Shown here: positions 26,896 through 34,465 of the stretch, one piece after another
Numbering within the stretch: the first letter of the stretch is position 1
Layout of the letters: every line of letters begins with the position of its first letter
Origin: Candidatus Heimdallarchaeota archaeon
GTDB lineage: Archaea > Asgardarchaeota > Heimdallarchaeia > Hodarchaeales > Hodarchaeaceae
DNA length: 64,000 nucleotides
Reading direction: 5' to 3'
Assembly: GCA_048881705.1 (NCBI GenBank)
Contig: JBHLSH010000006.1
Coordinates: 13,233 to 77,232 of the forward strand
Notes under the pieces: model-generated
Told to the model about the DNA's origin: nothing
The model's database searches: none
The model's input: the letters and a program-made list of their open reading frames with translations, nothing else
Program-made: the position numbers and the translations under genes

Positions 26896-27714
26896 ATGTC
26901 ATCATCAGAAAACAATCTTGGAAGTTATTATTATGTAGAATTTCCCATCAATCGACAGATCCTTAGTGACCTGTATGATGAATTTCTTAGGAAACATTAT
27001 TCCATAGGTTACCTGGAAGTAAGTGTTTCCAAAGCTAAAGAATTGATTAGCAAATTTGCAGTGAAGACTGGGGAAAGAATTTCCTTCACCGGCTGGATTG
27101 TGAAGTGCATCAGTGATGCTGTCCTTCAGTTTCCAGAGTTTAATTCGTATCGAAAGGGCAGAAACAAACTTGTAACGTTTGAAGACATTGATATTATCGT
27201 AATGGTGGAGCGTCAGGTACATGATAAACTTATTCCAGTTCCTTATTCGATTCGAAAGACCACAAAGAAAGATTTGTTGACTATTTCCAGGGAAATAAGA
27301 ACAGCACAAAACATGGAAGTAACTGAGGAAAATCAGCTTCTTGACCAGGGAATCCTCACCAAACTATACCCGTTTATTCCAGGAATTATTAGACGACGCC
27401 TGATTAGACGTATTCTTCGAAATCCTTTTTCTATTAAGAAACAAGGAGGGCTAATTGTAGTTACTTCGGTCGGTATGTTTACCAATACTCGGGGGTGGGT
27501 AGGCGGGTTCGGCGGGATAACGACGCTCAATTTTGCAATTGGTGGAATCACTCAAAAACTCGTTAAATCTGGCGGTTCTATCAAAGAAGAACAATATTTG
27601 CAGATTACATTATCTCTCGACCACGATATTATTGATGGGGGTCCGGCTGCTCGTTTCTCAGCTTATTTAGTGAATTTATTTGAAAATGCAAGTGGTTTGA
27701 ATGGATTAGTTTAG
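26896..27714 (+). CDS. Stand-alone 2-oxoacid dehydrogenase acyltransferase (E2) catalytic-domain protein
   Basis: Catalytic motif 'SLDHDIIDGGPAARF' (DHRxxDG type) at the C-terminus. No lipoyl or E3-binding domain. GGTGG lies 7 nt upstream of the ATG. Confidence 0.75.
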   Translation: MSSSENNLGSYYYVEFPINRQILSDLYDEFLRKHYSIGYLEVSVSKAKELISKFAVKTGERISFTGWIVKCISDAVLQFPEFNSYRKGRNKLVTFEDIDIIVMVERQVHDKLIPVPYSIRKTTKKDLLTISREIRTAQNMEVTEENQLLDQGILTKLYPFIPGIIRRRLIRRILRNPFSIKKQGGLIVVTSVGMFTNTRGWVGGFGGITTLNFAIGGITQKLVKSGGSIKEEQYLQITLSLDHDIIDGGPAARFSAYLVNLFENASGLNGLV

Positions 27715-27951
27715 CATCAAATTCTATGCCCTCTTCGACCTATCTTTATCTGTTGGCAATAGCCCAAATACCTGATTTTAGAAAAGGAATTTCCGAATTT
27801 AAACCTAAAACGCCTTCTTTTTAGATTCATCTAACTTTAAATTCAAGAAAAATTGTCATTGGATTCACCTTAATTAGATATATCAAATTAGATACCGTAA
27901 TACTGATATAACAATAAGGAAACTGCTGAATAGGCAAAAAGAGATGACACC

Positions 27952-28317
27952 ATGGTTGAAGTAGAAATAACGCTTAGTTTTTTATGGGTCTCCATAATGT
28001 TTTGTTATTTATATGGGGATGTGTTTTCCATACTGGCTGGGGATTTTAAACCAGGTGAAATAGATGGAAAACCATTAAGCGAGTACATGGTTCTAGGAAT
28101 GGCCATGATAATGACAATTCCAATAACTATGATCGTCCTAACCTTAGTATTGGATTACTCAATCAGTCGTTGGGCAAACATTCTCGTTTCTCTGGGCTAT
28201 ATCATTTTCAATGTGTTATCCCTTCGGAATTATCCAAGCTATGAAAAATTTACTCTGCTGGTATCCATGGTATTTAATGTAACAGTAGTCTATCTTGCAT
28301 TCACTTGGGCAATCTAA
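27952..28317 (+). CDS. Small 4-TM membrane protein (DUF6326-like). Paralog of 40014..40379.
   Basis: 121 aa. Shares 'LYGDVFSILAGDFKPGEIDGKPLS' and the overall helix layout with ORF 40014..40379. Confidence 0.55.
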   Translation: MVEVEITLSFLWVSIMFCYLYGDVFSILAGDFKPGEIDGKPLSEYMVLGMAMIMTIPITMIVLTLVLDYSISRWANILVSLGYIIFNVLSLRNYPSYEKFTLLVSMVFNVTVVYLAFTWAI

Positions 28318-28322
28318 GGATT

Positions 28323-28994
28323 TTAGAAGAATTCAGATAATGTTGTTTTGGGGCTTTTCTTTTTTGCGGGTTTTATTGTAGCCGGCCCGTTATCCCCCTT
28401 ACTCGGTAGTGTATCAACAATCCAACTATTCATCTCTCCCTCATACGGTTTAAGGATCGCTAATAACTCTTCTTGAGTTTTCTCATAATCGAGCCAAAAA
28501 TCGACTAGTTTTTTATCAAAAATGACTGGCATTCTATGAAAAACCTTTTCAACAACGGGATGAGGTTCAGTTGTTAAAACTGCACACTTATACCTCATCC
28601 TGGTCTCCTCTTCATCAAAATAAGAATTATAAATACCAGCAATTCCGAATAATGGCTCATTTTTTAAGGAAAAGTAATATGGGATTCTTTCTTTACCCAC
28701 TCGCTCCCATTCAAAAAAACCGTTTGCAAGAATAACACAACGTTTTTCCACAAAGGCTTTCCTAAAAAGCTTTTTTTCATGAACCGTTTCACTTCGGGCT
28801 TTATATGATTGAAAACCTTTTGTATAACCCCAATACATTCGAACTAGTTTGTATCCTTCTTCATTTACAATTGCAGTTGCTCTGTTTGTTGGTTTAAGAT
28901 TGTAATAAGGAAAAATCTCAAGGTTCCCTGGAGAAACGCCAAATGTTGATTCAATTTCATCTTTTGACGCAAAAAAGGCAAATCTGGAAGGCAT
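28323..28994 (-). CDS. SOS-response-associated peptidase (SRAP; YedK/HMCES family) lacking the N-terminal catalytic Cys
   Basis: 'YYNLKPT', 'MYWGY', 'KARSETV', 'NGFFEWE' and 'HRMPVIF' are collinear with YedK. The N-terminus is MPSRF rather than MCGRF. Confidence 0.8.
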   Translation of the reverse strand: MPSRFAFFASKDEIESTFGVSPGNLEIFPYYNLKPTNRATAIVNEEGYKLVRMYWGYTKGFQSYKARSETVHEKKLFRKAFVEKRCVILANGFFEWERVGKERIPYYFSLKNEPLFGIAGIYNSYFDEEETRMRYKCAVLTTEPHPVVEKVFHRMPVIFDKKLVDFWLDYEKTQEELLAILKPYEGEMNSWIVDTLPSKGDNGPATIKPAKKKSPKTTLSEFF

Positions 28995-29176
28995 AGGATT
29001 CGATTCGGCACCTGTTTTAAAAAAATGTTTTACGAAGCTTAAAATGGGGGACTCGTTAAGAATGCCTGAATTTTAACTGGAGAGGATAAGTCATCTACTC
29101 AAAGAATATTGATGGAGATACAATTACATTTCGGAAAGCGGATTTCGGAGATATTCCCTCTCTCATAAATGTCTAC

Positions 29177-29995
29177 ATGGACTCACTGACCGACTTAGAA
29201 ACAAGAATGAATGTTTCTCCTTCTCTGCCGTCTAAATCAGAGATGGAGAAATTCTATCGGCATGCCATGTCAAGCGGGGACTTTTTTGTCGCACTTGCTG
29301 ATAAGAAGATTATTGGATTCAGTGGGGCTATTATCCGAGACACATTATGGTTTTTATCAGCCTTTTGGGTTCTTCCTTCTTTTCAAAAAAGCGGTATTGG
29401 CTTTTCTCTTCTTGAACGCGTATATGAGAAAGGGGTCAGTCGTGGTGCGTCAGTTTTTTGTGTATATTCTTCTAGTGATTTTCCAGCATTAGCATCTTAC
29501 ATGAAAATGGGTATGTTTCCTGGCTACCCAGTTTTTTATTTTGAGGGAACTCCGAAAAGAGCTTCCTTTTCAGAAGCTAATTCACCTCGATCTGAGGAAT
29601 TACAGGAAGGTATAGCCACAGAACTAGATTTAGAAATTCGAGGGGTTGATAGATTGACAGATCATAGATATTGGAAATCATTAGGATCAAGAGCGGTTCA
29701 AATTGAAATTGAAGGCACAATGGCGGGATATTACTATGTTAGAGAGGGATTTATTGGTCCTGTGGTAAGTAAACAGTCCAAGGACATGGAATTATTACTT
29801 AATTTAGCTATAAAAGACGCTGTGGACTTTTCTCCAAATAAAAATATCACATTAATGGTTCCTGGTATCAATCATCTTGCCCTAAAGTGGATCTTGAAGA
29901 CTGGATTTAGAATCAGGTCGACTTCACATTTTTTGACATCAAAAAAGTTTGGAAACCTTACTAATTATCTTCCCTCTGGCCCTGGTTTATATTGA
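29177..29995 (+). CDS. GNAT-family N-acetyltransferase with an extra C-terminal domain. The 5' end is uncertain.
   Basis: GNAT motif A 'VLPSFQKSGIGFSLLERVYEKG'. GNAT-like sequence 'ITFRKADFGDIPSLINVY' continues upstream of the first in-frame ATG with no canonical start codon. Confidence 0.6.
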   Translation: MDSLTDLETRMNVSPSLPSKSEMEKFYRHAMSSGDFFVALADKKIIGFSGAIIRDTLWFLSAFWVLPSFQKSGIGFSLLERVYEKGVSRGASVFCVYSSSDFPALASYMKMGMFPGYPVFYFEGTPKRASFSEANSPRSEELQEGIATELDLEIRGVDRLTDHRYWKSLGSRAVQIEIEGTMAGYYYVREGFIGPVVSKQSKDMELLLNLAIKDAVDFSPNKNITLMVPGINHLALKWILKTGFRIRSTSHFLTSKKFGNLTNYLPSGPGLY

Positions 29996-30003
29996 TTGAT
30001 TAA

Positions 30004-30483
30004 TTGGGTGATTTGATAGATATGAAGCTGAAAGGATTTGAAAAGTTACAGCAGAAATTACCAGGGTACAGTGGCAAAAGGTTTGTCATTATACCACTGA
30101 TTGGGCTTGTCTCTTTTATTTCGAGCTTTTTTTTCTTATTACTGAGCTATTGGATCCCCAGTTTTCTTCCCGATTATGAACTACTTGGTTTGGCTGAACC
30201 AATATTACCTATTGCTGGTCAAGTGGTCATATTAATGATAGGGTTTTTCCTAATCGCGCGAGTATGGAATAGAAGACTGTTCCTACTCAAAAAACATAAG
30301 GAATTGGCATATCAGCGAGGAGTCATTTCAGGATTCATCGGCGTACCTTTTGTGCTTGCAACGGCACTCCATAGCTTATTCCCAATAGCTTTTTCCTGGG
30401 AACCAATAAATCCAACTACTGCTCAAATGTTCTTTTCACCATTCATATCAAACTTGATAAGTAAAAAAGATAAGGGATCTTGA
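30004..30483 (+). CDS. Hypothetical membrane protein (about 4 TM helices)
   Basis: ORF with hydrophobic helices. TTG start, with an alternative ATG at 30022. No family recognised. Confidence 0.4.
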   Translation: MGDLIDMKLKGFEKLQQKLPGYSGKRFVIIPLIGLVSFISSFFFLLLSYWIPSFLPDYELLGLAEPILPIAGQVVILMIGFFLIARVWNRRLFLLKKHKELAYQRGVISGFIGVPFVLATALHSLFPIAFSWEPINPTTAQMFFSPFISNLISKKDKGS

Positions 30484-30568
30484 ATTTTTCTATGCAAGTC
30501 GGATTTACATCATGGAATCATATCAATTCTTTCTGAATAATATCTTTGGGAACACCTTCCAAGCCATG

Positions 30569-31138
30569 CTAGACTTCCCAGATTGCAGATAAATTACTCT
30601 TCAATTCAGAATATCTATCTCTTAACCGTTCATTCAATGTTTCCATCTCCTCCTTAACAATTACAATCCATTTGAGTAATGATTCTAAAATGATCAAATC
30701 ACGTTTAGCTTTGTCTAATTTTTTGGATTCTGAACTTAAGGTGCTTTTCCAGTGATCCCTAATATTGATTAGCATATCATGTCTGTCAGGTAGGTTTTTG
30801 CTAAAATTAGTTAATTGATTGGTGAGTAATTCTAAAAATGTAGTTGGTTCGACATTATACTCCCATTCTAAAGAGCCAGGTTGGCGTTTTCTTCTGATTA
30901 AACCTAGATTTTCCAATTCTTTTACAATTCTACTGATAGTAGAGGGGTTGACTTTAAATTTCTTAATAAGACTTCTTTGGGTGATAATCTTTTTAGAGGT
31001 GTTAATAACACACAATCCATAGATACGACCTAGTAGAGGAGAATTACCACTGTCATACATGACATCTTCGAAGAAATTCATCATTTCTTCCTCAATATTT
31101 AAAATTTCATCAAGATTACCCTTACTTCGTGCATTCAA
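30569..31138 (-). CDS. GbsR/MarR-type winged-helix transcriptional regulator
   Basis: 'FFEDVMYDSGNSPLLGRIYGLCVIN...QRSLIKKFKVNPSTISRIVKELENLGLIRRKRQPGS' matches the GbsR-like N-terminal wHTH. The C-terminal half is helical. Confidence 0.65.
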   Translation of the reverse strand: MNARSKGNLDEILNIEEEMMNFFEDVMYDSGNSPLLGRIYGLCVINTSKKIITQRSLIKKFKVNPSTISRIVKELENLGLIRRKRQPGSLEWEYNVEPTTFLELLTNQLTNFSKNLPDRHDMLINIRDHWKSTLSSESKKLDKAKRDLIILESLLKWIVIVKEEMETLNERLRDRYSELKSNLSAIWEV

Positions 31139-31208
31139 GGCATTTCACACGTTGAAAAATTTCCTTCCAATAGAAATATAAATTTATTGCAATTACTGGG
31201 AATTGAGG

Positions 31209-31231
31209 TTTTTGCAAGATTCTTGCAAAAA
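31209..31231. promoter_or_regulatory. Perfect 23-bp palindrome TTTTTGCAAGA-T-TCTTGCAAAAA, a candidate operator
   Basis: Read directly. It lies in the divergent intergenic region between the GbsR-like regulator (ATG 31138) and ORF 31264. Two further TTGCAA cores sit at 31187..31192 and 31239..31244. Confidence 0.55.
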
Positions 31232-31263
31232 CAAGGAATTGCAAAAAAAATTCTTGGTGATAA

Positions 31264-31533
31264 ATGATGGAAAATGTGCTGTTAAAATCTGAAGATAAAA
31301 GATCCCGTTCTGAAATTGTTACATTCCTGAACGAAATCGCAATGAAAATTGATAGTGGTATGGTTAAGTTAGTACAGGGAGAACAGAGCTTAGAACTAGA
31401 AATTCCAGAGAATCTGACCCTTGAAATCAAAGTTGAAGAAAAAATAAAACCTAACCATCCTAAAAAGATGCAATTAGAAATTGAATTAGAATGGTATGAA
31501 GGAGACAAGCGCGAATCTATACAACTTGGATGA
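31264..31533 (+). CDS. Small acidic protein, amphi-Trp-domain-like
   Basis: 'RSEIVTFLNEIAMKIDSGMVKLVQGEQSLELEIPENLTLEIKVEE...MQLEIELEWYEG' resembles amphi-Trp domain proteins. Confidence 0.5.
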   Translation: MMENVLLKSEDKRSRSEIVTFLNEIAMKIDSGMVKLVQGEQSLELEIPENLTLEIKVEEKIKPNHPKKMQLEIELEWYEGDKRESIQLG

Positions 31534-31950
31534 ATTTATTTTATGCATATCAGCATTCTAATTGAAGAATTAAAGTAGGACATAAACAATTGGTCTAGAC
31601 TCACAAAAAGTATAACCGATGTTTCAATTTTCCTCCCTTTAATCTTTTTTTAATACCTCAAGTAAGCTTTTTTCACATATTATGTTACTTCCAAACGTCT
31701 TCAAACAGTAATTTTGCGACATTGAAAACCTGCCCTTCAAAGAGTAAGTTAACGGAAAGCAAACAGGTTTTGCCATAGATGAATTTTTATTATCAAAAGC
31801 TAGTTAAATTAAATGGATAAGGAGATATTCTCATAGGGATTGGAAATATTCTTAGGGAAACAACGCTCTTAATCCTAACAAAATTTTTAAGGTTGGACAA
31901 GGATTAATTTAAATAATTGAAGTATCTATTCAATTTGGGAGTCTTCTATA

Positions 31951-32853
31951 ATGGAAGAAGTGGCACAAAGTGAGGAAATGACAGTAACCGCGAATAATAT
32001 TACTTTAGTTTACGATACGTTTGGAAATTCCAGTAATCCTGCTTTATTGCTGATTTCGGGGTTGGGAATCCAAATGATTCTTTGGGATGAAATTTTTTGT
32101 AAAGCCATTGCGGCCAGAGGGTTTTGGGTTATCCGTTTTGATAACCGTGACATTGGTTTATCCACTAAATTTGATGAAGCTGGGGTTCCTGACCTGATGG
32201 AGTTAATACAGCGAGTTATGATGGGTGAACAGCCAGAAGTACCATATAGCCTTCTTGATATGGCAAAGGACGCGATTGGCTTATTGGATGCATTAAACAT
32301 CGAATCTGCGCATCTTGTTGGGGCGTCAATGGGAGGAATGATCGCACAAATGATCGCTATACATTTCCCAAATCGAGTAAGAACTCTCACATCGATTATG
32401 TCAACAACAGGAAATCCCGAACTCCCTCAACCTGAACCCGAAGTATTTGGAATTCTCGTAAATAAACCTCCTGACAATCGCGATGGATACATTGAATATA
32501 GTGTTGAGATTTGGAATTTACTCAATGGGCCTTTCTATCCCTTAGATGAAGAATTGGTACGAATGAGAGCTGCTAAGATATTCGACAGAAGCTATTATCC
32601 TTGGGGAACTGGGAGGCAACTAGCTGCGGTGATAACATCTGGTAACCGGAATGAATTGTTGAAAAAGGTAGATATTCCTACCCTCATTATTCACGGTGAG
32701 ATCGATCCACTAGTCCCCGTTGAAGGTGGAAAGGAAACTGCCGCAATGATTCCAAATTCGAAATTACTCATCATAGAAGGAATGGGTCACAACATTCCAC
32801 TTCAAGTTGCACCGCAGATAATTGAAGCAATTTCAGACCATGCAGAGCATTGA
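31951..32853 (+). CDS. Alpha/beta hydrolase fold protein
   Basis: 'PALLLISGLG', nucleophile elbow 'LVGASMGG' and C-terminal 'GMGHN'. Confidence 0.8.
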   Translation: MEEVAQSEEMTVTANNITLVYDTFGNSSNPALLLISGLGIQMILWDEIFCKAIAARGFWVIRFDNRDIGLSTKFDEAGVPDLMELIQRVMMGEQPEVPYSLLDMAKDAIGLLDALNIESAHLVGASMGGMIAQMIAIHFPNRVRTLTSIMSTTGNPELPQPEPEVFGILVNKPPDNRDGYIEYSVEIWNLLNGPFYPLDEELVRMRAAKIFDRSYYPWGTGRQLAAVITSGNRNELLKKVDIPTLIIHGEIDPLVPVEGGKETAAMIPNSKLLIIEGMGHNIPLQVAPQIIEAISDHAEH

Positions 32854-32887
32854 TTTCGCAGCCTTCAACTAATTAAAAAGAAGAAAG

Positions 32888-34375
32888 TTATTTTAACGCC
32901 GAGCCGATGAAGGTTACTAGGTCAGTTCGTAGTTTAGCTAGGGATGGTTCGTGGATATACATCATATGACCGGCGTGATAAAAGGTTAGGGAAATATTTC
33001 CACGTAAGCTGGGATCTAGCCCCAAATGATTAAATGTATACTCTGTTGCAAAGAATGGAGTCGCTAAATCGTAGTAACCGTTACAGACAATTATTTTCAG
33101 ATAGGGGTTCATGGCAATGGCTTCTCTTACCGTTTCTCCAACATCAAGATATTTATTATGAAAATCTTCATACTTCCACTTTTCAAATATTGGAGCAAAT
33201 GTCCTATAAGGTAAATCGCTCTTGAATTCAAGGTCCTTTGAGACATAGTCGTTTAATGTCGCTGCGTACGGGCCCAAAATTGAAGCCATGCTGGGATCAA
33301 ACTCATATTTGGCTTCTGTATCATCACGATCAATGCCCGTGAACCTACTATCTAAACGACCCACAGTTCGGTGGGAATCACGTAAGAGTTCCTTAACAAA
33401 CTTATGAATGTTGATCCTTAGGTTGGATCCTTCAATATATTTTTTAGAGAGGCCGGTATAACGGTGTAATTTCTCTATGATACTTGTTTTTTCATCATCA
33501 GACAATGAATCTCCCTTCAATAGGCCCAATGAATACTCAGTTGAGGCAAAATCTCTCACTTCACCTAGGGTAGATTCCAAATTCTCTAAGAGATCTTCAG
33601 GTAGCATTTTATGATAAAAGGCTGTTGAAGTGTAGGTGGGAAGGAACAGGAGATATGGAAGATCATTACCAGTATCAAATCGGGCTGTTTGAAAGTTGAG
33701 GATTGAGGAAACAAGCATTACCCCATTTAGATAAAACCCCAAATTCTTTTGTAAATGGCCGCAAAGCCCAGCTGCACGTGTGGTACCGTAACTTTCACCG
33801 ATTAGAAATTTGGGTGAGGTCCATCTCGAATTTCGAGATGTATATAAGCGAATAAATTCCCCAACAGACTCAATATCCTTCTTATACTCGTGAAATTGAG
33901 CATCCTTCTCTCCTGGAACGGCCCTTGAATAACCTGTACTTACTGGATCTATAAAAACCAAATCGGTTGCATCTAGGATGGAATATTCATTATTAACGAG
34001 GTCATATGGTGGTGGCACAGCTTTAGCGTCATCAGTCGCCGATATGACACGTTTAGGGCCTAAAACTCCCAGGTGAAGCCAAACCGAAGAAGACCCTGGC
34101 CCTCCATTGAAAGAAAATGTTAGGGGTCTTGTTTTCAAATCTGCTACATTATCCAAGGTGTAGGAGATATGAAAGATAGATGCTTTGGCCTTAGGTTCTT
34201 TTTCTTCCTCTTCTTCCTTTATAATAAACGTTCCTACCTTGGCTGTATAGGAGATTTCTGTTCCATTGATAATTGCAGTATGACTAGTTTCTACCAGTTC
34301 TTCTTTTGGCAGTTTTGGTTTTTTCTCCTCTGTTTCCTCAGATTTCTTCTTTCCTTTATCGTTTTCTGACATCAT
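32888..34375 (-). CDS. Peptidase S10 (serine carboxypeptidase) family protein
   Basis: 'FNGGPGSSSVWLHLG', nucleophile 'IGESYGT' and C-terminal 'HAGHMM'. The N-terminus is Lys/Glu-rich with no obvious signal peptide. Confidence 0.8.
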   Translation of the reverse strand: MMSENDKGKKKSEETEEKKPKLPKEELVETSHTAIINGTEISYTAKVGTFIIKEEEEEKEPKAKASIFHISYTLDNVADLKTRPLTFSFNGGPGSSSVWLHLGVLGPKRVISATDDAKAVPPPYDLVNNEYSILDATDLVFIDPVSTGYSRAVPGEKDAQFHEYKKDIESVGEFIRLYTSRNSRWTSPKFLIGESYGTTRAAGLCGHLQKNLGFYLNGVMLVSSILNFQTARFDTGNDLPYLLFLPTYTSTAFYHKMLPEDLLENLESTLGEVRDFASTEYSLGLLKGDSLSDDEKTSIIEKLHRYTGLSKKYIEGSNLRINIHKFVKELLRDSHRTVGRLDSRFTGIDRDDTEAKYEFDPSMASILGPYAATLNDYVSKDLEFKSDLPYRTFAPIFEKWKYEDFHNKYLDVGETVREAIAMNPYLKIIVCNGYYDLATPFFATEYTFNHLGLDPSLRGNISLTFYHAGHMMYIHEPSLAKLRTDLVTFIGSALK

Positions 34376-34465
34376 TCTTCTAGAAAGGATTTGGGATCTG
34401 GAAATTAAAGATTGATCTACGTAAACATAGAGTTCATTGAATTCACTCTATTATACAAAAGCGTC

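Noticed and set aside
31122-31508. 128-aa minus-strand ORF spanning the regulator/amphi-Trp intergenic region.
   Set aside because: It overlaps the better-supported plus-strand acidic protein and the palindromic operator region. The translation is Ser/Ile/Phe-rich with no motif. It would also overlap the 5' end of the regulator gene.
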